From the NCBI GenBank assembly GCA_009103225.1, contig RHPI01001428.1, forward strand, positions 246,158 through 310,157: a DNA stretch of 64,000 bases, in the 5' to 3' direction. Below, in pieces: positions 1 to 11,215 of this stretch (within the stretch, counting starts at the first letter, position 1; every line of letters starts with the position of its first letter). The stretch comes from Chlorokybus atmophyticus (Eukaryota; Plantae; Mesostigma and Chlorokybus algae). A program made the translations under genes and the position numbers. The notes under the pieces were generated by a model that saw nothing but the letters and a program-made list of their open reading frames with translations, did not search any database and was not told the origin of the DNA.

Positions 1-26
1 GTTAGCTAACTATATTCCATGTTCAG

Positions 27-383
27 GTGGCTCCCTTGTTACGAGAGCTGCGCAATGGCGAGTTGTTTACTCGACTGGAGGCCCTCACAGAGGTTGCAAC
101 AAATGCAGCAAGGGATATTCAGCGGCTGAACAAGGCAGTGCTTACCGACGACAACGCCGAACGTCTCCGCGAGTCTGTCACAACACTGACCAAGACACTG
201 AAGCATATCGAGGTACGCAGCTACTCTTGCTTGTGTGGCTTCAGGTTCTAATGATGGTGTTAACATTTGTGTGTCTTGTATCAGAGCATTAGCAAGGACA
301 TGAGCGGTGTGACAGGTGATCCAAAAACCAATCGTCATCTGCGCCAGCTCATACAATCGCTCAGCCGTATGGTGGCGGATTGA
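27..383 (+). CDS. TGD2: 3' end of TGD2-like plastid lipid ABC-transporter substrate-binding (MCE/MlaD) protein; exons 27-212 and 285-383, partial
   Basis: Spliced translation ...RESVTTLTKTLKHIE|SISKDMSGVTGDPKTNRHLRQLIQSLSRMVAD* resembles the plant TGD2 C-terminus. GT-AG intron at 213-284; acceptor AG at 25-26. Confidence 0.8.
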
Positions 384-590
384 GTGGGGTTTTGCCTTGA
401 TGCTTCAAAGCGCTCGCGCAACATGTCTGCATACTGGTTCGTATCCAGTTGCAGGTTGTGTATTTCTCTTTGCTATGTTGTATACCGTGTAATCATGGGT
501 ATTTTATGTCCTTTTGAACCCTTCATATGTGAACTACAAACTTTGCACGTCTGCTTAGCATGTTGCGTATAAGACCAGCATGCATGAGTC

Positions 591-750
591 TGACATACAC
601 GCTGAAAGATGTTGGCGCAGACCTAGACTGAGTATTGCACAATAGTGCAATCAAGGTTGCGTTGCGTTGAGTTTGACATACATGCTGAAGGATATTGGCG
701 CAGACCTAGACTGAGTATGGCACAATACTGTAATGGAGGTTGCATTGGCA
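591..750. repeat. Diverged tandem duplication, unit ~83 bp, 2 copies
   Basis: TGACATACAcGCTGAAaGATgTTGGCGCAGACCTAGACTGAGTAT... starts at 591 and again at 674, with scattered substitutions. Confidence 0.85.
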
Positions 751-1380
751 GCATACACAGAAATGGTTTGGTAGTGTCCACGCTCAGCACAGACGACAAC
801 ACAGCATGCATGCATGCTTGCATGTGCATAATCTCCTACCGCTTGAAAATAATGACCACACGCGCCCCGCACACACGCACGCACGCGCATGCACGCATGC
901 AGGCACGTGCGCGTGCGCACATACACAGAGCGACCTGTCGGCTAATAAAGTGCAACATGCCGTGTGTTGGGATGCATACTGCGCTCCGGTGGGTGTAATG
1001 GTAACTCCAATCTTAAGCGACGCAGTTGCGGCAAGGTTGACGGCACAGTGACGGCGGCGGCGGCAAGGGTGTGGGAAAGGGAGGTTGAGGGTCCATGTCC
1101 TTCCGTCTGCTATCCTGGCTGCTAGTGCCGATCGCTGATCGTTTGTGCTGCTGCAACTTGGTTGCTGGCCACGGCGCATGTGCAGGTACAAAGTGCACCG
1201 CATGCATGATCAACAGGGGGACAATAGAAGGTAGGTAGGCATGCGAGCGCATGGCTTGGCCCGGTGGTCATGTATGTAGCGTTAAGGTGAGTGAGTGATG
1301 AGGTGTTGCATGCGTGTTGTGACCTGCATGTGCAATTCCCTTCCGCAATGACAACACACACAGTCCTTGCATACTATATT

Positions 1381-1398
1381 ACACACACACACACACAC
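1381..1398. repeat. (AC)9 microsatellite
   Basis: Directly visible. Confidence 0.95.
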
Positions 1399-3895
1399 GT
1401 TATCTCCCAAGCTCTAAACATTGGCGGTTAATATGTACCGGCTTGCATGCTCTAAGCAGAGACCTGCATTGGAGCCTCACCAAGTGCGACATGCTTTATG
1501 TAACTTTTATAGCAACCGTCATTTGTGATGCAATTGTAATACCGCGGCAAGCATTAATATTATCATACAACATATTGCATACAAAACGACACAAGTGTAC
1601 ATTTGCATTAATGGCGTAATCACTCATAACATGCAGTGCGCTTAGCAGCATGGTAGTTAGTTATGGTATTGGGTTTGCTTGCCTAGGGCCAACTTTGTAA
1701 TTACCAGGTGTAACATCAATCGGCACGGCAAGCCATTGTTACATGCATGTGGGTTGATCAAATGTGAGTTGAGGCAATGTCAGCGCTCAGAGCAGGGTTA
1801 AGTAAAGCAAGTAAACATCGAATACTGTAAAACTTAATCGGTTTACTCATAAATTAATGGATGTTGGGGCACGAAAGCGAGTTTGCAAGCTTCATGAAGG
1901 GTCACCAACCATTGTTGCATTTCACAAGTGATGACGCATGAACAAGCAACAAAGCCACATAAATACGACTTTGAGTTCGATGATGGAGCGCGTGGTACGC
2001 GCTCATGCACAGGCGTTTTTACGAGTTTACGAGTGTAAAGGTATATATGTAATTCACAAGGGTTTATGTAACTCGGTATGTATCTTTTACAAGGTTGTCC
2101 GCAAATAATTAATAAGACCACGATGATACGACATTATTGGCTTGACTCGATAGAGCGCTTCGCACGTATTTCTGTTTACGAGCATGTTAAGTTCAAAGTT
2201 CAAAGAGTTTAATTAGGGTTTATATTGAAGCTGTCGAGGCAAGAGTACAGGTTCTTATGTGAAAACGCCTGCTTCTGCTGCGCTTTCGAGGCGCCTACGA
2301 GTCGTCACGCATGTCTTAAGCGTTGTTAACATGGGTATGATTACCCACCCAAAAGTCCGTCAGGCCCCCAAGGTTGAGCTTTGCAGAATGTGTTTGTTGA
2401 TGCACACTGCAAATAAGGTCATATTCAATTCAAAGCTTCAAACTGTTAGCAATAGGCAATTACTTACTTTCCATTCCAGGGGGAGCTTCTCCATTCGCTT
2501 TTTGATGTCTTCAGCCGAGCCCACTCAGACCTCTAGCACGCTCCAGAGCACCTTATGTGGACCCCTTTTTCAATGCGTTTTAAGCATGGATAGTCAAATG
2601 CATTCGCAGTATCTCCCAGGCCGGGAGCGGCGAGGGCAGTGGTACTTTCCTCTCCTTTTGTTTACACTTGCCGTCGAGGTGCAATCTGTGGACAAGCTAT
2701 AGGGCGTCCTCTGGTTCCAATCTCAGTCAATATTTCACTTCATCACACTGCCCTTGTGATGCACAATGAATACGATGTGCATTTCAAAGCGCACTTACTG
2801 CGGGACCAGACGTTTGCTATCCAAGGCACGTCTTGCACCAACGGCCATTCTCCCCCTCAAAAATTGTCCCTCCACAACCTTGCGTTCAACACGATCTTGC
2901 TGGGCTCATGTGCTTTTTGCACTTGGGCTTGTCTTCCGAAGTTAGAGTCTCGCGGTAAGGTTGTCACACTTTTTGACGTTGCATTTTCGTCCATTAGAAG
3001 CAAGTTGTTGCATATAATTTGAGATGCGAAGCGAGATGATGCAATGCTGCAATAGTCGCTTACTCAAGGTACAGCTGACGATACTTCTCCAAATGGTAAT
3101 GATAACTTATTCTCATTACAGTTTTCCACCATGCATGTCTTTGAGCTAACCAAATACCATAATAAGCATGAAGCATATTTTAAAAGATAGTCAATGCTTA
3201 CAACTGATCACCACGTACCTATGCATTTCTTTAAAAAAGAAACGTATAACTTATATTCTTTGTAAACATATGTTTAAAAAGAGATGTATAAGTTACAGGA
3301 TGAGATGTATGAGTAGTTACAGGATGAGCTGTATAAGTTACAGGTTTTTCTTTTCATATAAGGGAACTTCAGCCAAGATGACATTTGGGTTACATTACGT
3401 CTCAAACACATCACTTTTATGTATGAGGTCTTCCACTTTTCCTTTATCTAACACGCTAACATCCGCAGCAGCGATCTCAGCTCGTTACGAGAGATTGGAC
3501 GCATATGCATATGCCATAGCTTCAAAGCAAGCTTGGCGTCTTCATACGCAACCTTACGCAGAAAATGTGGCATAAAGCGTATTAACCCATTTGTGACAAG
3601 GTTACCAGTTTGCTTGGAGTGATGCGCTAGATGTCGTGTGTATAACGCTTGTCCGTGTATTTTCGATTTCATTGGACCTTGAAAGGTAAGTCTGGTATAC
3701 TAATTGCGCGTGAACCATCGTGACCATAATTAACAACAATTGATGGACCATTTTTTCACAATTATGGTACGCCGTGCTTATAAACTGTTAATGTTGTTAC
3801 ATTTTCGGAAAGGTAAAAGCAAACCCATCTTTTACATATCTTATATCTAGCTTTTGTAACAAGTGCTGCGACATAACAATTATGTTCTATGCTAA

Positions 3896-4331
3896 AGAAC
3901 GAACAAGGAACGTTCTTTGTTCGTTCTGCATGCATGGCGTATACAAGGAACGAACCTTACACAGCCATGCAATATTACGTATAATCATGCCGCAATGCAT
4001 CGTGATTATGTGTGACACGTGACGCAATGTGACTAGTTGTCACTCTATTGTTAAATACACGCTGTTATATATATGATGTTGAAAACAATATATATATATA
4101 ATCAATTACATAAAGCTTCGTGCTGCTTGATGAATGTGGTCATGCGCATAAATATGTACCTTTTTATGTATTGTATGCACATTAAAGAATCTTGTTCATA
4201 TTTTTGTTCGTTAATAAAATGTCAGTTCCGTGTCACTGCTAAATTCTGCATCTTTCGTTCTTCAAGAACAAAGGAAGGTTATATGAACCTTAAAATACCA
4301 ATATTGTTTAGGGTCTTGTTCTTTGTTCGTT
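3896..4331. repeat. Fold-back / MITE-like segment bounded by inverted GAACGAACAA(G/A)GAAC motifs
   Basis: Near-perfect 32-bp palindrome at 3896-3927. An inverted copy of its left arm lies at ~4317-4331, with partial copies near 3944, 4190-4212 and 4254-4272. Confidence 0.4.
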
Positions 4332-4456
4332 CGGTCATGCTTAAACCTGAGTTCCGCCCCAGCCCTACCAGGTTTTTAACAACACACACGTGTTTGTTAA
4401 TTGAGATCACCATTATGTTTGTGAATGTAAGTGCAATGTAATCTTAACAGCATGGA

Positions 4457-5073
4457 TGTTACGACAAGGGTCCGGCCATCTTAGCCATAAAAGACCATGG
4501 TGGGATTTATGACTATTCTCATGTATTCATTCTTATGTATTACGCCCAGCCTCCCTGGCTGCCGTGACACACCTCCCCCATTAGAATGTAGCACGTCCTC
4601 GGCTACTTCTTATAGGGTTCTTTTTCTTAGCCCTCCGCCCCGCCGTGGGCGACCGAGCCATCTCGACCGGATTCAGTTCGGTCGTTTCTGCGACCGGCGG
4701 GTCAACACCGCGCGGTCGTTCTCGTTCTTGAGAACGTTGTCTGCCGGTCTCTCGAACGTTCTGTTCGAGCGACCGTTCTAGATCGCGTTCTTTGCCGTCC
4801 CTTTTCGTTCCTTCCGACCTGCGACTTGCCCAAGGCCGCGGGTCCCACCGCGACTTTCCCAAGGTCGCGGTGCACTTTCCTTAGAACTTTTGCCAACCGA
4901 AAAATCGCCGCTCTATCCCCCTTGGGAGTCGAGCCCACGACCTTTAGGTTGTCGGCTCCGATACCAATTGTTACGACAAGGGTCCGGCCATCTTAGCCAT
5001 AAAAGACCATGGTGGGATGTATGACTATTCTCATTCTTATGTATTACGCCCAGCCTCCCTGGCTGCCGTAACA
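4457..5073 (-). mobile_element. Complete TRIM (terminal-repeat retrotransposon in miniature), 617 bp
   Basis: LTRs at 4457-4569 and 4969-5073, both TGT...ACA. 5-bp TSD ATGGA at 4452-4456 and 5074-5078. On the minus strand: PBS TGGTATCGGAGCC (4966-4954, tRNA-iMet type) and PPT GGGGGAGGTG (4579-4570). No pol ORF. Confidence 0.93.
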
Positions 5074-5418
5074 ATGGATGCTTATTTTTGTATTAGGTTG
5101 TTGTGCATTAACGGGCGCGAGATGTCAACTTTTGCAACATTCTAGCAAATAAAACTACAATAAACTTGGATTTTCAATCTAAAGATGAGCATTTTTACTG
5201 CGCCAGCATCGTTACGAGCATAGTTACAATTACGTATCGTGCGTATATTGTTTTGAAAAGTGCAAGTGCATTGAAAAGGCAATGCATAGTGTACATTATA
5301 CTGTCTTATTAGGTTGTTTGCATGTGTATACATGTATAATATGATATGGATGTGTATATGCATTATGATTATATAAAATGTTGTGATAATTGATCGCACA
5401 CCAGCCTACTCACAATGT

Positions 5419-5445
5419 AACGACAAGGTTTAAAACCTTGTCGTT
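5419..5445. repeat. Perfect short hairpin AACGACAAGGTT-TAA-AACCTTGTCGTT
   Basis: 12-bp perfect inverted repeat with a 3-nt spacer. Confidence 0.85.
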
Positions 5446-6579
5446 GAAACTGCTTATATTTGGCAAAAAGTTAACTTTACGAGCCTTCAACAAGAGGTCT
5501 ACATGCTATCATGATGGTGCACACTTCAAAATATGACTGTTACATGCACCATGCATGCACTACATAGCCTTCATTGCATCCATTGCATTATTATGTAGCT
5601 GATGTGAACGACAGTATATGATGATACAGCTATGCTTGTTTGTTTCAATGTTGAGAAGTTAATACAACGCTAAATATACGCGCGCAGTTTTTAAACAATT
5701 GACATTTGCATCGCATGTGTTGATCGTAAGTAGCGGTTTGCGCATGCCATAACAACGTTACAGTTTTTATATGTGTTGGATAGCCTTGGTCCCTGTGACT
5801 GAAGCATGTGTGCGAGTGATGTGTGCACACTTCCCTTTCTCTTAATTAAAGCGTGTTCCGAAAGGTTCATGGTGAATCGATCTTCGTTGGTGCCTTCCCA
5901 GTTGAAGCTTGTACTTATAGTTGAGTAACACCTTAATGATTAATTAACAATTTAACCAACTTCTATTTATGTTATGAAGAGTGTGCGAATGGTTGCAGAT
6001 GAACCCCAAACAAACAACAAAATGCACATGTGACATGAAGTTATTATTGATCAACCCACGCATGATGCATTACAGCGGCAAGTATCACTCGACACAACTA
6101 CGCACGGGTGCAGGCTTCAATGGATTACCCAAATTTCATAATATATATCGAGTCCATTAAATGCAATACAAGTATTTTTGTTGTGATTGTTTGCTTGATT
6201 TCTGACATGTGGTTTGTCATGTTCACATGTAACTTGCCTTCATTTCACAACAACATGCGCTTACAAGTCGTCAGATGTGAGTTATCATATTATTTGCTGA
6301 ACACAATTGTTGGGACCATCAATCAGCGTGTATAAAGTGCATGCCAAGACACACCATGGTAAAAGCTACCGGTACCCGCATCATGGCCCATGTTGCATGC
6401 TTCCGGGTTGCAGGCTGCCAATTGCAGGCTGGCACTTACCCGGTACTGTAGTGACCATGCAACATGAGAATCATGTCATGAGTGTTACTTCAGCGGTCAC
6501 GTGACGCAAGTCCCCACAACCACCAGCGGCTTTCTCGTGGGCGTCCACGTGGACGCCGGTGGCGGCGGCGGCGGCGAGG

Positions 6580-8022
6580 ATGGCCCGCCACGCTGGTGGT
6601 AACAGCGGCGGTGGAAGCGGGCGCAATGCTGGCGGTGTGCGCGTCATCGCCGCGCTGCTCGCCCTTCTGAGCGTCTGCGGCGCCTCCATCGGCGCCCAGC
6701 GCTTCCACGCCCTTACTCAGGCGGCCCACAGCAGAGATCCCAGGGCGGAGGGGGAGACGGGCGACGTGGGCGGCGGCCTGCAGCAGCGGCGGCAACTCCT
6801 GCAGCCTCAAGATGACGTCGGAGACGCCGTGCAGCTGCTCACCGACAGGGAGGCTCTGGAGGCGGGCTTTACTGGCGACGCTGCCCTGGTGGCCGCCGGC
6901 CGGGCCTGGTTCGGCCGCCGCAGCGTCCAGCAGCGCCTTCCTGAGCAGTACCGCAAATGCCACGTGTCTCACTCTCCTGCCTCCTCCCTCCCGGACCTGG
7001 CCGGCCTCCCCCTGCGCGTGAGCAAACTTACCAAGAAGGACTTTCTCTCATCTGGCAGCTGGCCGCCTCTGTTGCCGTCCTCATCAGCAACGGTGTCCTC
7101 CTCCTCCTCTTCGTTAAGTGATGGCGGCGGTAGCATGGTGGACAGCTGTGCCGTGATAGGCAATGGCGGCGTGCTGCGAATGACGCGGTTGGGGGCCGCC
7201 ATCGACTCGCATGACATCGTGGTGCGGCTCAACGTGGCCCCCGCAGGTGGCGTATATGCCAACCATGTTGGGAAGAAGACCACTGCCAGGCTGCTTAACC
7301 GGTTGTGGACACGCTCGCTGGCTGGCAGGACTGCATTCGAAGCCATGCTTGGGGACGGAACCAATGTGGTTGACAACAACCTCAACGACAGCAACGACAC
7401 GCTCACGTTGGTGTCCACGCGGGCGAGCGACGACGAATATGCCAGCCTGAAGACGGCGAGGAGGGCTGACACGGCGCACCCCAACGTGCGCGTGGCGCGG
7501 TTGAGCACGCGTGCGACGAGCATGGGGGCGGCGCTGCTGGCAACGTACAGGGCGCGGTTATGCGCGAGCGGCTTCGGCCCGTATGTTGGGCTCAACGTGC
7601 CGAGCAGCGGCTACGTCGCGGCCTACCTTCTCCTCCACCTCTGCCGCAACGTCACCGTCTACGGCGTGTCCACTCGCTTCAAGTACCACTACTACTCCGG
7701 CCTCGGCGCGCGGAAGGTCGGCGACGACGTCCACTGCTTCGCCTGCGAGGAGCAGCTTCTCACCCAACTCGCCCATGAGTCCAATGGTCACCTTACCATG
7801 TGCACCTACAGCGACAGCAATCCCGCCCTCAACTGGAACTGCGGTTGCCAGCATGCCGACACGCACAAGTGCCGCCCCTACAAGGGCGGCACCAAGGTCG
7901 AGGATGGCGGTGGGGATGTGGAGGCGAGGAGGGTGAGGAGATGTGAAGACGGCGAGCAGATGTTTGAGGGCGATGCGTGCGTTGAACAGCCCAAACACGC
8001 CAAACCTGTTGAAGACACGTGA
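6580..8022 (+). CDS. Glycosyltransferase family 29 (sialyltransferase-like), type II membrane protein, intronless, ~480 aa
   Basis: N-terminal TM (VIAALLALLSVCGASI). Sialylmotif L SCAVIGNGGVLR...IDSHDIVVRLN...VGKKTT, motif S PSSGYVAAYLLLHLCRNVTVYG, motif III HYY and VS motif HCFACEEQLL. First ATG at 6580. Confidence 0.9.
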   Translation: MARHAGGNSGGGSGRNAGGVRVIAALLALLSVCGASIGAQRFHALTQAAHSRDPRAEGETGDVGGGLQQRRQLLQPQDDVGDAVQLLTDREALEAGFTGDAALVAAGRAWFGRRSVQQRLPEQYRKCHVSHSPASSLPDLAGLPLRVSKLTKKDFLSSGSWPPLLPSSSATVSSSSSSLSDGGGSMVDSCAVIGNGGVLRMTRLGAAIDSHDIVVRLNVAPAGGVYANHVGKKTTARLLNRLWTRSLAGRTAFEAMLGDGTNVVDNNLNDSNDTLTLVSTRASDDEYASLKTARRADTAHPNVRVARLSTRATSMGAALLATYRARLCASGFGPYVGLNVPSSGYVAAYLLLHLCRNVTVYGVSTRFKYHYYSGLGARKVGDDVHCFACEEQLLTQLAHESNGHLTMCTYSDSNPALNWNCGCQHADTHKCRPYKGGTKVEDGGGDVEARRVRRCEDGEQMFEGDACVEQPKHAKPVEDT

Positions 8023-8556
8023 TGGAAGCTTGTACTGTGCTCGCCTGTCATTGTATAGTTGGGTTTGTAACTTCTGCTGTTGGAAGCATTGGTATCAATT
8101 TTGTGCATAGTCTGAAGGTGGCCCGGGTGCTGTTTACATTGATGTGTACCTGGGCTCACACACAGACTCGTACACTGATGCACTTGAGAAGGCAACAAGC
8201 TGAGGGCATTGCAAAAATCACAAGCGGTACTAGCTGGGGGGACTGCCACAGAACTGCCCATCAGACTAAAGTAGTGACGGATACCCTGCATGACCTGTCA
8301 GACCTAGCTGCATGACTAACAACATGTCGCTGTAGGTGGCAGACTACACAGGCATTGTCTTGCGACTTCATTGTTAAGTACACAGCCAATTGTAGCTGTT
8401 AACGCGGTCTACAGGTCTACTAGCTAAAGCAACAATCATTGCCAACGTCATCTTCCACACCATACTCACTACGCCTGCCAGAACTCCGCAGCCTTGCTTA
8501 CACTACTAGACTTGCAGCTGATCAACATGTTTGCAATGCCTACCAACAAAACTGCG

Positions 8557-9879
8557 TCAAGCATGCGCCAGCTTGACAGCTTGCTTGGCAGCGAATGCAG
8601 CAGTGTGAGGCTTGCGCAGAGCGTGCAGAAGCGCCAACACCACTGTGAAGAGCGTGAGAGCGCCCGCTTGGTGGGCAGAGCCGAGGCTCACGGGTACATG
8701 GTTCAGCAATGTCGCCACTCCGAGTGTGACTTGTGCAACAGCGGTGGCAGCGAGCAAGTTGGTGAGGTTGACAACATTGGAAGGGAGTGCGGGTTGCAGC
8801 CTCCGTGCGTACGCCCACATTGCCAAAGTTGCCCCGAGTGTTGTGAGCGCGAGCACGCGATGATCAAACTGCACTGTGGCTGTGTTCTCAAAGAAGTTCT
8901 TGATGGTGGGGTGCAGCTCCAGAATACTCTCCGGGACAAGACGACCATTCATCAGCGGGAAGGTGTTGTAAGCGTGCCCGGCATCATTGCCAGCAACAAA
9001 CGCCCCCGACATCGCTGTGATGCCGATGAGCGCTGCTAGCGGGTGCACTCGCTTTCTGAGTGACAGCAGCGATGACAAGGATGACAGAGCTGATGACACT
9101 GGTGCGGGCCTCGACACTGTCAGAGCTGTCCAGAATAGGGTGGAATATATAGCAAAGGCTGTTCCCAGATGCATGGCGAGTCGGTAGGGGCTCACGCGGG
9201 GAATATCTGTTGGCGAAGGTGGGGCTTCTAAGCCAGACTTGACCATCCACCAGCCAATCAAGCCTTGGCCACCACCCAACGCAAATAGCATGCCAAGGCG
9301 GGTCATAAGAGCAGGAGTGAGGTAGCGCTTATATGTAAAGTAGCTGAAGGGTATGATGAAGGCGACCCCGAGGGCACGCCCCCACATGCGATGCGCATAC
9401 TCCATCCAGTAGATAAACTTGAACTCATTTAGGGTCATAGAGGGGTTCACGCGCTGAAACTCTGGTGATGCGCGGTACTTTGTGAACTCGTTCTCCCAAT
9501 CGCCTTGTGTCCATGGCGGCCGAGTCCCGGCAAACCGCCACTCTGTCATTGACAGTCCCGAGCGCGTCAACCTTGTCACTCCCCCCAACACAACCATGCT
9601 GAACACCCACGCAGCAGAGGAGTACAGCCAGATAGACACCGCACGCTCAGCTGCTGGGCCGCCCCTCACCAGCGGATGAACTATTGCTGTGCTTGCTGCT
9701 GTTGTAGCCAGCATGCGTGCCCCAACACTCTGATTACCACATATAGTCCATCCCTGACTTCCATGCATGGACGTCGTATGCAGCAGTGAGCGCAAGCCAG
9801 GCACTACCCCTGCCCTGAAAGCGCCGCTGCTTGCACGCCAACCAATCTGCTGGGCAACATGGCAGTCAAGTGAAGCCAC
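8557..9879 (-). CDS. COX15: Heme A synthase COX15; the whole conserved region lies in one exon. Probable upstream transit-peptide exon at 10506-10354
   Basis: GGVTRLTRSGLSMTEW, FKFIYWMEYAHRMWGR, GQGLIGWWMVKSGL, PRVSPYRLAMHLG, AFVAGNDAG and QFDHR motifs. The true start is uncertain; MRSAAVRVVGQARRVLA... followed by a GT donor looks like a mitochondrial presequence exon. Confidence 0.9.
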   Translation of the reverse strand: MASLDCHVAQQIGWRASSGAFRAGVVPGLRSLLHTTSMHGSQGWTICGNQSVGARMLATTAASTAIVHPLVRGGPAAERAVSIWLYSSAAWVFSMVVLGGVTRLTRSGLSMTEWRFAGTRPPWTQGDWENEFTKYRASPEFQRVNPSMTLNEFKFIYWMEYAHRMWGRALGVAFIIPFSYFTYKRYLTPALMTRLGMLFALGGGQGLIGWWMVKSGLEAPPSPTDIPRVSPYRLAMHLGTAFAIYSTLFWTALTVSRPAPVSSALSSLSSLLSLRKRVHPLAALIGITAMSGAFVAGNDAGHAYNTFPLMNGRLVPESILELHPTIKNFFENTATVQFDHRVLALTTLGATLAMWAYARRLQPALPSNVVNLTNLLAATAVAQVTLGVATLLNHVPVSLGSAHQAGALTLFTVVLALLHALRKPHTAAFAAKQAVKLAHA

Positions 9880-10695
9880 ACAGTATTAGCAAGGCAATGC
9901 TTCTGATTTGTGTTGTCGCACATGCCGCCAACACTACGAGAGGACAATTACATGCCATGCAAGCATGCCAGCACATTCAACAGTCTCAAGCATCATAGCC
10001 AAGCATGAAATGTACGCATGCAATCGCCTGCAACGTGCAAAGCCAGCTTGAACAACAATCCGAGGCCACCAAGCATCTAGCATGCAGGCAGTAAGCACTG
10101 GAGTGATGTCATACAGAGAGAGTCAGCGATCAAGTGTTACCCCACATTGTCCACCAGCTTCCTGACAACAGTGAGAGCACTGCTGCACGAAGGGCAAACT
10201 AGAACCAGGTTTCGGTCATCATACTCTCTATTGCATTCTTGTCATAAGCAAATTGCGTCAAAACGAATCGGAATCCGCATACTACGCGTGCTCACAGCGG
10301 CAGAGCATCACATGCATGCTGACTGAACATGCATGCAAAGTGATAGCACACACCGCTTCGGCTGCAGCGGAAGTGGAGCAACTAGAGCAGCGAGCAGCAC
10401 ATGACGTTGAAGCACCAGCGCCATAAGCAGCAGCGGAGGAGGAAGTGGCGACGTCCGCCAGCACCCTCCGCGCTTGCCCAACAACCCTCACCGCAGCTGA
10501 CCGCATTGCACTATGACCACCCGGACGACACCGACACGGACAGCACCACCACCGCCGCTACCGCCGCCAGCAACTTTGCCACTTGCGACAGCACATACGT
10601 GGCAGCCTGCCACTGGTAGGTGCTGAATCTGATCAACAAAACCTACTAAACGAACGAACCGGCGACGCCATTCAGGGTTTGTTGATCGGGGTTGG

Positions 10696-10704
10696 AAACC
10701 CTAA
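10696..10704 (+). promoter_or_regulatory. Telo-box-like motif AAACCCTAA in the COX15/ARF divergent promoter
   Basis: Exact match to the plant telo-box; function inferred. Confidence 0.45.
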
Positions 10705-11215
10705 GCTCATGGTGCTGAGGATTGCCAGCTGGCGGATGCTCGTTGCGTAAACGCGTCGCAGCGGCGGCGGCTGTGTGGTTGTGGAGGGCATCGGGGGTCT
10801 GCTAGGGTTCTTCGCTACAAAGGTGGCATTGTTGGACGACAGTGTATCCCCTCGTTGGAGCTGAGACGCGACGGAGGGAGGCGGCAACATGGGTGGAGGC
10901 AGCCGCGGCGATGGTGAGTGCCGGTTCTGGGAGAGAAGGCGGAGTGGCGTCTGTGGCAGCATTGAGTAGTGCTTCTCGCAACTTCCACATCCTCAGAATC
11001 CAGCATGAAACGGTGGGCAGGGGAGTGGCAGCTGGGTAGGCAAGTTTGCTGACCGGTTTGGGGAGTGCAAGGCAAGTAGGCTGCGCTACACACAGCTTAC
11101 TTGTGTTAGCAGCTAGCAACAAGGTGTGCTTGTTGTCGCAGTGCACCCATCTAGATAAGAATCAGTGTTGTTGTCGTGGCCATCGTCATCAAGGAGAGAA
11201 AGGAACGCAGCAGGC

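Noticed and set aside
645-1361. Several overlapping 70-140 aa ORFs downstream of TGD2
   Set aside because: Produced by (GC/AC/AT)-type simple repeats; no recognisable domain.
4923-4950. tRNA gene
   Set aside because: Only a 3'-half mimic; there is no acceptor stem or D-arm, and it lies inside a TRIM.
6969-7998. Long antisense ORFs over GT29 (also over ARF, TAF8 and MurC)
   Set aside because: Shadow ORFs expected opposite GC3-rich coding sequence.
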